Shown one piece after another: positions 56,836-64,000 of a stretch of 64,000 nucleotides of DNA (position 1 is the first letter of the stretch; each line of letters begins with the position of its first letter). The stretch is from an uncultured Gemmatimonadaceae bacterium. GTDB lineage: Bacteria; Gemmatimonadota; Gemmatimonadetes; Gemmatimonadales; Gemmatimonadaceae. The notes beneath the pieces were generated by a model that worked only from the letters and a program-made list of their open reading frames with translations, had not been told where the DNA came from and made no database searches. The stretch covers positions 96,001 through 160,000 of the forward strand of contig CAVUDW010000001.1 of NCBI GenBank assembly GCA_963740355.1, given 5' to 3'. A program made the position numbers and the translations under genes.

Positions 56836-57213
56836 TCAGACCCTCCGGCGCTTGGGAGGACGGCAGCCGTTGTGCGGAATCGGCGTGACGTCCTTGATCG
56901 ACTTGACGACGAGGCCCGTCGAGGCGAGCGCCTGGATCGCGGACTCACGTCCGCTGCCCGGGCCCTGCACCTTCACGTGCACCCGCTTCATCCCCATCGA
57001 GAGCGCTTCGCGCGCGCACTGCTCACCGGCGACGGTCGCAGCGAACGGGGTGCTCTTCTTGGAGCCCTTGAAGCCGGCCTTGCCGGCGGATCCCCACGAG
57101 ACCGCGTTGCCGCGGGCATCGGTGATCGTGATCGTCGTGTTGTTGAAGGTGGCGCTGACGTGCGCGATGCCTTCCGCATCGACGATTTTCTTGGTCTTCT
57201 TTCCGGTCGCCAT
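56836..57213 (-). CDS. rpsK: 30S ribosomal protein S11
   Basis: [32 protein letters not shown]. Confidence 0.98.
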   Translation of the reverse strand: MATGKKTKKIVDAEGIAHVSATFNNTTITITDARGNAVSWGSAGKAGFKGSKKSTPFAATVAGEQCAREALSMGMKRVHVKVQGPGSGRESAIQALASTGLVVKSIKDVTPIPHNGCRPPKRRRV

Positions 57214-57216
57214 CGG

Positions 57217-57594
57217 TTACTTGGTTACCTTCTTCTTGCCGGCGATCGCGCGGCGCGGCCCCTTCTTCGTGCGGGCGTTGGTGTGCGTACGCTGGCCACG
57301 GACGGGAAGTCCGCGACGGTGGCGTGTGCCCCGATAGGACCCGATGTCCATGAGGCGCTTGATGTTCATCGCGACCTCGGTGCGCAAGGCACCCTCGACG
57401 CGATAGTCCCGCTCAATGATCTGGCGGAGCTTGTTGACGTCGGCTTCAACGAGGTCCTTCACCCGCAACGCGGCGTCCACGCCGGTCTTGGCGAGAATCT
57501 CGCGTGCCGTCTTGCGACCGATGCCGAAGATATACGTCAGCCCGATCTCCACCTTCTTTTCGCGCGGAAGATCCACGCCAGCAATACGCGCCAT
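57217..57594 (-). CDS. rpsM: 30S ribosomal protein S13
   Basis: [24 protein letters not shown]. Confidence 0.98.
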   Translation of the reverse strand: MARIAGVDLPREKKVEIGLTYIFGIGRKTAREILAKTGVDAALRVKDLVEADVNKLRQIIERDYRVEGALRTEVAMNIKRLMDIGSYRGTRHRRGLPVRGQRTHTNARTKKGPRRAIAGKKKVTK

Positions 57595-57600
57595 TAATCC

Positions 57601-57717
57601 TTAACCCTGCCGCTGCTTATGCTTGGGATTGCGACCACAAATGATGCGCAGAACGCCGTCACGCTTGACCACCTTGCAGTGTTCACAGATCGGCTTCACG
57701 CTGCTCCGGACTTTCAC
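57601..57717 (-). CDS. rpmJ: 50S ribosomal protein L36 (zinc-ribbon form)
   Basis: Manual translation [41 protein letters not shown] start with AGGAG site; below the ORF-track size cutoff. Confidence 0.97.
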   Translation of the reverse strand: MKVRSSVKPICEHCKVVKRDGVLRIICGRNPKHKQRQG

Positions 57718-57760
57718 ACGCTACTCCTGCTGTAGGTCACGACTTCTGGACAAGTCTCCG

Positions 57761-57789
57761 AAGCTAGCCGGACCAGTTGCCCCATACAA
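57761..57789 (-). promoter_or_regulatory. Putative sigma70 promoter of the rpmJ-alpha operon
   Basis: Minus strand TTGTAT-N17-TAGCTT. Confidence 0.55.
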
Positions 57790-57890
57790 GGGCTCCGGAC
57801 GACTTTTTTCGCGCGACCTCTTGACACCGGATTTCGACTGACGTGTACGATTTTGCGTGATTCGCGACACAACGGCGTCAGAACGCGCGA

Positions 57891-58595
57891 TCAGGCCCGG
57901 ACCGAGACGCTGGCCGCAATCGCGTCCCAGGCGGCCAAGGGGTCAGCCGCTTCGGTCACGGCCCGCCCCAGGATCAGGTACCGGGCCCCCTGCGCGGCAG
58001 CGGCCTCGGGCGTCACGACGCGCACCTGATCGTTCACCGGCGCCCCAGCCGGACGGACGCCCGGCACCAGCGGCGCCAGCCGACCCTCGAACTTCTGAAC
58101 CACCGCCCCAAGTTCGGCCCCACTGCACACCACGCCGTGGGCGCCCGCGGCATCTGCCAGGCCGGCCAGGCGCAACACCTCGGACTTGATGTCGATCCAG
58201 GGGCCGCGCCCCCACGCCTCGGCCAATTCCGCCGGATCGAGGCTGGTCAGGACGGTCACACCAAGGATGCCACAGCCATCCCCCGCCCCATCCACCGCCG
58301 CAGCCAGCATCGCCTCGCCACCGGAGGCATGCACCGTCAGCAGCCGCACGTCGTGCGCGGCCGCCCGCCGCGCCGCCTGCCGCACGGTGTTCGGGATGTC
58401 GTGCAGCTTGAGGTCGAGGAAGACATCCACGCCGCGGGAACGCAGCACGGCGATCAGCGACGGGCCCGCGGCCGTGAACAGCTCGAGGCCGACCTTGTAG
58501 AAATCACACCGCCCCGCGAACTGATCGACCATCGACAACGCCTGATCCGCGGTCGGCACGTCCAGCGCCAGCAGCAATCGTGGCGACGTATTCAC
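57891..58595 (-). CDS. pyrF: Orotidine-5'-phosphate decarboxylase
   Basis: LALD, YKVGLELF, FLDLKLHDIPNTV, PGVRP, DQ.RV, GRAVT. Confidence 0.96.
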   Translation of the reverse strand: MNTSPRLLLALDVPTADQALSMVDQFAGRCDFYKVGLELFTAAGPSLIAVLRSRGVDVFLDLKLHDIPNTVRQAARRAAAHDVRLLTVHASGGEAMLAAAVDGAGDGCGILGVTVLTSLDPAELAEAWGRGPWIDIKSEVLRLAGLADAAGAHGVVCSGAELGAVVQKFEGRLAPLVPGVRPAGAPVNDQVRVVTPEAAAAQGARYLILGRAVTEAADPLAAWDAIAASVSVRA

Positions 58596-59515
58596 GAGGG
58601 CCACTCCAGCGTCCCACGCACGTCTGCCAGTGACGTCACGCCATGCCGGCCACACCACCGCTCGAGGTCACTCACGATGCGCTCCGGTGCGCGTGGATCG
58701 ACCATGCCTGCCGTCCCAACGCCAACCAGCGTTGCACCAGCCATGATGTACTGCAAGGCGTGTTCACCACGCGAGACGCCACCGAGCCCGATGATCGGCA
58801 CCGACACCACCCGCGACACGCGCCATGTCGCGAGCACCCCAACCGGCAACAGCGGCGGCCCGCTCACGCCGCCACTCCCGAACCCGATCCGCGGCTTCCG
58901 TGTCTCGACATCGATCACCAGACCGGGCAAGGTATTGGTGAGGGTGATGGCATCGGCACCGGCATCCACCGCGACCTGCGCTGTGCCAGCGAGATCGGCC
59001 AGCGTCGGCGACAACTTGATCACGATTGGCTTGCGGGTGACGGCGCGCGCCCGCTCGATCAATGCGCGCAAGACCACGCGATCGGCGCCGAACTCCATAC
59101 CGCCCGCCTTCACATTCGGGCAACTCACATTCAACTCGTAGCCTGACACGCCTGCCGGGTCGTCGAGTCGCGTGATCACATCGGCGAAATCCTCGACGGC
59201 GTTGCCCACGACGTTGACGAACACCCTGGCGCGGCGGAGGTGCGAGGCGAGCCACGGCAGCTCCGTCTCACGCACCACATCCACGCCGGGATTCGCGAGA
59301 CCAATGGCGTTGATCATGCCGCCAGGAAAATCAGCCACGCGCGGCGCCCTGGCACCGGGCCGTGGTGCGAGCGACACCGCCTTCGTCACGAGGCCGCCCA
59401 ACCGCTCGAGATCGACGATGTCATCCAGCTCTCGGCCATACGCCGCAGTGCCTGACGCAAGGACGATCGGATTCTGGAAGTCGACGCCGGCGAACGAAGC
59501 GCCCAGTGACGTCAT
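58592..59515 (-). CDS. pyrD: Dihydroorotate dehydrogenase, family 1
   Basis: ASGT, NAIGLANPG, ELNVSCPN, KLSP, GGVSG. Confidence 0.95.
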   Translation of the reverse strand: MTSLGASFAGVDFQNPIVLASGTAAYGRELDDIVDLERLGGLVTKAVSLAPRPGARAPRVADFPGGMINAIGLANPGVDVVRETELPWLASHLRRARVFVNVVGNAVEDFADVITRLDDPAGVSGYELNVSCPNVKAGGMEFGADRVVLRALIERARAVTRKPIVIKLSPTLADLAGTAQVAVDAGADAITLTNTLPGLVIDVETRKPRIGFGSGGVSGPPLLPVGVLATWRVSRVVSVPIIGLGGVSRGEHALQYIMAGATLVGVGTAGMVDPRAPERIVSDLERWCGRHGVTSLADVRGTLEWPS

Positions 59516-60912
59516 GGATTGCTTCCACCGACACGACGTTCGTACCGGCCGAGGTACTCGAGCGTCGCGTCGGAAATGGCGCGTGCCAATTCAGTCTGGC
59601 GCGCGCCGGTCGTGAGAAAGTTGGCTTCCTGCGGATTGGTGCCGAAGCCGACTTCGACCAGGATCGCGGGCATGAACGACCCGCGCAGCACCGCGAAGTT
59701 CGCCTGCTTCACCCCGCGATCCGTCCCGGGGTGCATCGCCTTCAGGCGACGCTGCACTTCACGCGCGAGATCACTCGATTCACGCAGGTGTTCATTCTGC
59801 GCCATGTCGTTGATGATGAAGCTGAGTGGATCGCCGCGGGGCGCGTTGGCACCGGTCTCGAACTTCACGGCTTCGTTTTCCATCCGCTCCACGCGGCTTT
59901 CATCCTCGGTCTTCGCTTCGGCGAGGAAGTAGGTCTCGAATCCGCGAGCCGAGGAGGGATCGCGCCAGCGTGGATTGGCCGCGTTGACGTGCACCGAGAT
60001 GAAGAGATCGGCTTGTTGACGATTGGCGATCCGTCCTCGATCGCTGAGCGCGATGAGCGTATCCCGCGTGCGCGTCATGTAGACGGTGACACCCTGGGCA
60101 CGCAGCGCCTCGGCCACTTTGAGAGCAACGGCGAGCGTGATGTTCTTTTCGTAGACCCGTGAACCGCCGGCGGCGACGCCGCTCATGCCATTGTCGGGAC
60201 CACCGTGCCCCGCGTCGATCACCACGCTCCGAGGCCGCCGGCGGATGCCGGTTGCTGCGGGCGTCGAGCGCGGTGGGGCGCTGGCTCCGGTCCGCGTGCT
60301 GCCCCCGCCAATGCTGACGGGGCGTGCGTCTGCGTCAGCTCGCAACACCGAACCATCACTGCTGCCCGTCGATGACGCTGGCGGCGGGACCGGGTCGACA
60401 TCGCTGGGCGTAGATACCGAGGGCATGGCGGGGGCTGCGTCACTCGGGCCGCGTCGCGCGAAGGTCGAGAACCGACGCAGTTCCTTCTCGTCCGCGTCCC
60501 ACACGATGCCGGTGCCGTACCGCGGCAGGATCTCCGTGACGAACTCCGCCGGCACGAGGGTGCCGCTGATGCCACCGCGCGTCACGGCCACCGGTAGTTG
60601 TTCGCTGCCGGCCGAGCCGAGATCGACCGCCCGTTGCCCCACGACGAATCGCGCAATGACACCGCAGGCGTCGAGCGTCGCACCGCGAGCCGAGGTCTCG
60701 ACCGTTCCGCCGAGCGCACGCGCGAGTGACGCCAGCGGCAGGAATCGTGCGCCGTTGCTCGTCACCCATGGGACCACCGCGTCACGATTGCCGGTGCGAA
60801 TGTGGAGCCCGTCGGCCTGCGCCGCGATGGTGCCGGCGCTACCGACGAGCATCAGGCCAGCGACCGCGAGGCGAACCACCGCGGCGCGCAGGATCGCAGG
60901 CGCGCACATCAT
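59512..60912 (-). CDS. N-acetylmuramoyl-L-alanine amidase (Amidase_3)
   Basis: Signal peptide; VVIDAGHGG, EK, FISVHVNA, PAILVEVGF. Confidence 0.93.
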   Translation of the reverse strand: MMCAPAILRAAVVRLAVAGLMLVGSAGTIAAQADGLHIRTGNRDAVVPWVTSNGARFLPLASLARALGGTVETSARGATLDACGVIARFVVGQRAVDLGSAGSEQLPVAVTRGGISGTLVPAEFVTEILPRYGTGIVWDADEKELRRFSTFARRGPSDAAPAMPSVSTPSDVDPVPPPASSTGSSDGSVLRADADARPVSIGGGSTRTGASAPPRSTPAATGIRRRPRSVVIDAGHGGPDNGMSGVAAGGSRVYEKNITLAVALKVAEALRAQGVTVYMTRTRDTLIALSDRGRIANRQQADLFISVHVNAANPRWRDPSSARGFETYFLAEAKTEDESRVERMENEAVKFETGANAPRGDPLSFIINDMAQNEHLRESSDLAREVQRRLKAMHPGTDRGVKQANFAVLRGSFMPAILVEVGFGTNPQEANFLTTGARQTELARAISDATLEYLGRYERRVGGSNP

Positions 60913-61382
60913 TTCTTCATCGCCCGCGCCATCGCGCGCACGTCGTCCTTCTTCTTCAGGTCTTCGCGCTTGTCGTGCAGCTTCTTGCCTCGCGCCAGCG
61001 CGATCTCCACCTTGGCGCGCCCGTTCTTGAAGTAGACCTCGAGCGGGACGATGGTCAGGCCCTGCCGCGTCACCGCGCCAATCAACTTCTCGATCTCGCT
61101 GCGATTGAGCAGCAGCTTGCGAGTCCGGGTCGGTTCGTGCGCACTGTAACCCGCCTGCTCGTACTGGGAAATGTGCAGGTTGAGCAGGAAGATCTCGTTG
61201 CCATTGATCACGCCGAACGCATCGCTCACGTTGGCGCGACCTTCACGAAGGGCCTTCACCTCGGAGCCGGTCAGCATGATCCCCGCCTCCCACGTGTCCA
61301 GAATCTGGTACTCGTGGCGGGCGCGACGATTCTTGGCGATCGATTCGATCGCCGGTTTTTCATCGGCAGAGGGTCGGGCCAT
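60909..61382 (-). CDS. smpB: SsrA-binding protein
   Basis: NRRARHEY, EAGIMLTGSEVK, RKLLL, GKKLHDKRE. Confidence 0.98.
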   Translation of the reverse strand: MARPSADEKPAIESIAKNRRARHEYQILDTWEAGIMLTGSEVKALREGRANVSDAFGVINGNEIFLLNLHISQYEQAGYSAHEPTRTRKLLLNRSEIEKLIGAVTRQGLTIVPLEVYFKNGRAKVEIALARGKKLHDKREDLKKKDDVRAMARAMKK

Positions 61383-61616
61383 GACGTCGGTCTGGAGAAC
61401 GGGCAGGCAGCGAAGTGGACGCCGGCCCAGTCTCGCAAGTTAGGCCGGTTCGTGATGTGCTACAACCAACGCGGTCGCAACGAGTTGCAGCGCAGCGACA
61501 GGATTCGATGTGCCGAGCGCGATGTACCGAGCGCCATTCGTCCGCGCGTCGGTGCTTCTTCTGACAGCGAATCCCTGCCACACGTAACCCGGCGAGCGCC
61601 AACTTGTTGCACGACG

Positions 61617-61645
61617 TTGACAGCATCGCCCGAGATCGGTATCCT
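61617..61645 (+). promoter_or_regulatory. Sigma70 promoter of tRNA-Leu
   Basis: TTGACA-N17-TATCCT, ending 9 nt before the tRNA. Confidence 0.75.
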
Positions 61646-61654
61646 CATCGCTCT

Positions 61655-61738
61655 GCCGAAGTGGTGGAACTGGTAGACGCGCTGCGTTCAGGGCGCAGTG
61701 GGTGCAAGCCCGTGGGGGTTCGAGTCCCCCCTTCGGCA
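61655..61738 (+). tRNA. tRNA-Leu(CAG)
   Basis: Acceptor stem GCCGAAG/CTTCGGC, D-arm TGGTAGAC, anticodon arm CTGCG-TTCAGGG-CGCAG, long variable arm, GGTTCGAGTCC; CCA not encoded. Confidence 0.97.
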
Positions 61739-61744
61739 CTACAG

Positions 61745-61785
61745 ACGAAATGCGGCGTCGGACATAGTCCGGCGCCGTTTTTCGT
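61745..61785. terminator. Intrinsic terminator after tRNA-Leu, probably bidirectional
   Basis: CGGCGTCGGAC-ATA-GTCCGGCGCCG followed by TTTTT; A-run on the other side. Confidence 0.8.
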
Positions 61786-61863
61786 TACTGGATCCGTCCG
61801 AGTCGGCAAGCTGTCGCAGTCGCAACCGCTGAGGGCGCGATGATCGTGGGCGAACGCCCGTGC

Positions 61864-62427
61864 TCAGGCGCGCGGCGACGGCATGGCGGAGGGCGCGACA
61901 TCCTCCGGGAGGTCAGCGGCTCCGAACTCCTGCCGGAGTGCCTCGTTCGCCCGGTCCAACTCGGCCGCCACCCAGCCCGCAGCCCAGGCACTCTGGTCAT
62001 TGCCGGGGCGCCCCCCAGCAAAACCCACCAGGGCCTCGCCGATCTGGCCCACTGGCGTCCGCGATGCCCCGCGTTGGCCCATCAGGTCGCGGTACAGGCG
62101 CAGCCGAGCATTGAACTGCGCACTCGAAATCGCGCGCATGGCCGGCGCAGCGGACGGATCGTGCTCGACGGCCTTGGCCAGCGCCTGCCCGACCATCGAC
62201 GCCGTGCGGTCGTCGAGCGAATCGCGCCCTGCGATGAGCAGGCCAACGGCGCGACGCAGGTACCGCAGTTCCCACCGTGCGTGATCGGCGTCGAGGTCAC
62301 CGACGGAGGCGAGGCGGTCGACCGCCGCCGGCTCAGGCTCCGTCATGAGTGTCGACACGAACGACGAGGCGCGACGCTCCCACTCGCGTTCCTGCTGTTG
62401 CGTCGACCACTTCGACATGCCAGCCAC
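61864..62427 (-). CDS. Hypothetical alpha-helical protein
   Basis: Shares base 62427 with the Rrf2 stop; codon style matches neighbours; no recognised motif. Confidence 0.65.
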   Translation of the reverse strand: MAGMSKWSTQQQEREWERRASSFVSTLMTEPEPAAVDRLASVGDLDADHARWELRYLRRAVGLLIAGRDSLDDRTASMVGQALAKAVEHDPSAAPAMRAISSAQFNARLRLYRDLMGQRGASRTPVGQIGEALVGFAGGRPGNDQSAWAAGWVAAELDRANEALRQEFGAADLPEDVAPSAMPSPRA

Positions 62428-62915
62428 TACGCCGAGACCACGGGGAGCATGCGCCGCGCCAGCTCGGGCGGCGCATCGAGCTTCACACGGACTCGGACCG
62501 TTTCCTCGTTCGCCAGCAGGTCGGCGAGCCGGATGCCGGCGAGGACTTCATCGATCTTCGATTGCAGCAGCGCCCACACCGGACGGATGCTGCACGACGT
62601 CGAGTCGGCGCAGCGATGCTCGTCGAGAGGATTGCTGGTGCAATGCATGTCGAAGGTCTGCAGCTCGGAGGCGGTCACCACATCCTTGACCGTGATGTCC
62701 GTTGCAGGACGAGCGAGCACGTAGCCGCCGCGCGCGCCGCGTGTGCTGTCGACGATGCCTGCACGTCGAAGGCGGAGCAGAATCTGCTCGATGTAATCCA
62801 CGGGCAACGACTCACCGGCGGCGATCGCTCGCCCGGTGACCGGGCCTTCGCCGACCCGTCGAGCCAGATGCAGAGCGCTGATGAGGCCGTACTCGGCCCA
62901 AGTTGTAATCCTCAC
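62427..62915 (-). CDS. Rrf2-family transcriptional regulator (IscR-like, three Cys)
   Basis: YIEQILLRLRRAGIVDSTRGARGGYVLARP; C-x9-C-x5-C. Confidence 0.93.
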   Translation of the reverse strand: MRITTWAEYGLISALHLARRVGEGPVTGRAIAAGESLPVDYIEQILLRLRRAGIVDSTRGARGGYVLARPATDITVKDVVTASELQTFDMHCTSNPLDEHRCADSTSCSIRPVWALLQSKIDEVLAGIRLADLLANEETVRVRVKLDAPPELARRMLPVVSA

Positions 62916-62987
62916 CTGCTGAGGATCGCCTGACAGGGCGCGGCGGACAAGGGGCGAGAAGCGGATCCGGGGATCTGCTGTCGACGG

Positions 62988-64000
62988 TCAGCCACCCGCC
63001 ACCGCCGCATGTTTGCCTTGGGGCACGCCAATCTCGGTCATCTTTCGGAGGTCGAGTGTGCCTGCAATCTCGTCAGCCGGAATCACCTGGTCTCGCGTCA
63101 CCAGCTCCCGGATGAGGACACCTTCCTTCACCGACCGCTTGCTGATCTCGGCCGCCTTGGCATAGCCGATCTGTGGCATCAGCGCCGTCGCCAGGGCGGC
63201 CGACCGCTCGACCCAGTACTGACACATCGCCTCATTCGCCGTGATGCCACGCACGCAGCGCACGGTGAGTGTGGTGATGGCATTGGTGAGGATCATCATC
63301 GACAGCAGCAGGTTGTGTGCGATGACCGGCATCATGACGTTCAGCTCCAGCTGGCCGTGTTCAGCGCTGATCGCCACCGTGGTATCGCAACCGATCACCT
63401 GGAAACAGACCTGGTTGACCATCTCGGGGATCGACGGATTGATCTTGCCCGGCATGATCGACGACCCCGGTTGCACCGCCGGCAGGGCGATCTCATCGAG
63501 TCCGGTGCGTGGCCCGCTGACCATCAGCCGGAGATCGCTGGAAATCTTCGACAGGTCGAGCGCGAGGCCGCGCAGCGACGCACTGAACGCCGCAGGATCG
63601 CCCATGCTTTGCATGAGTTGAATCCGATCCGCCCCGACGCGCAGCGTGGTGATGCCGCTGATCGCCTTCAGGTGCTGGTTCATGAGCGCCGGGTACTGTG
63701 GCTCGACGGTCACACCGGTGCCAACCGCGCTGCCGCCGATCCCGAGATCGTTGAGGTAATCGGCGGCCTCTGCGATCCGCTTGCGACAGCGCTCGAGCGT
63801 GCCGGCGTAGGCCGTGAATTCCTGGCCGAGCCGGATCGGCATGGCATCCTGCAGGTGGGTGCGGCCTGCCTTCACGATGTGGTCGAATTCCCTGCCTTTC
63901 TCCGCCAGCGCGTCACGCAATTCCGCGACCGCATCGACCAGCGCTGGCAACTGACGCAACGCGGCCAATCGGATGTTGGTCGGAATCGTGTCATTGGTGC
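62988..64000 (-). CDS. Aspartate ammonia-lyase / class II fumarase family (5' end outside the window)
   Basis: TNDTIPT, KAGRTHLQDA, GSSIMPGKINP, GQLELNVMMP. Confidence 0.93.
   Translation of the reverse strand, partial: TNDTIPTNIRLAALRQLPALVDAVAELRDALAEKGREFDHIVKAGRTHLQDAMPIRLGQEFTAYAGTLERCRKRIAEAADYLNDLGIGGSAVGTGVTVEPQYPALMNQHLKAISGITTLRVGADRIQLMQSMGDPAAFSASLRGLALDLSKISSDLRLMVSGPRTGLDEIALPAVQPGSSIMPGKINPSIPEMVNQVCFQVIGCDTTVAISAEHGQLELNVMMPVIAHNLLLSMMILTNAITTLTVRCVRGITANEAMCQYWVERSAALATALMPQIGYAKAAEISKRSVKEGVLIRELVTRDQVIPADEIAGTLDLRKMTEIGVPQGKHAAVAGG

Noticed and set aside
57821..57851. Plus-strand TTGACA...TACGAT promoter pointing antisense into pyrF
   Set aside because: The spacer is 19 nt and there is no downstream gene or RNA structure; unsupported without transcript data.
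61383..61616. tmRNA (ssrA) next to smpB
   Set aside because: No GGGG..5' end, tag reading frame or tRNA-like 3' end; the space is too short and holds divergent promoters.
61655..61800. tRNA-Leu as the integration site of an island
   Set aside because: No integrase, no duplicated tRNA 3' end seen in the window, and the flanks are ordinary chromosomal genes.

Overview
High-GC bacterial chromosome segment. Gene content, gene order and protein style suggest Gemmatimonadota, but this is an inference that was not tested. Most of the window is core genes on the minus strand. These are TPR-aroQ-pepP-accB-pilT; ppiD (+); radical SAM-TPR-ispB-DUF4321-tatA; an envelope superoperon (epimerase-tolQRAB-pal-cpoB-tatC-lptD); a TsaP-like LysM gene; radC-rel; uvrB-tsaE-tsaB-rimI-ssb; carB-aminotransferase-two nucleotide-sugar dehydrogenases-bamD-nadD-secA; gmd; a stand-alone rpmJ-rpsM-rpsK-rpsD-rpoA-rplQ-rpmB operon; smpB-amidase-pyrD-pyrF; tRNA-Leu(CAG); Rrf2 and a partial aspA/fumC-family gene. 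The most notable gene is a hybrid histidine kinase (23704-25731). Its N-terminal membrane domain has all seven canonical ETR1 ethylene/copper-binding residues at identical spacing, followed by a Cys-less LOV-like PAS domain. Next to it is a ~6.4 kb accessory stretch with a decayed gene, a DUF3238-like lipoprotein plus small membrane protein, and a gluzincin-like protein. A REP/BIME-like repeat cluster lies between rel and uvrB, and a candidate structured RNA lies between rpsD and rpoA. Single-base frameshifts in secA, rpsD, uvrB, cpoB and tolA most likely reflect assembly indel errors. No CRISPR array, integrase or transposase was seen.
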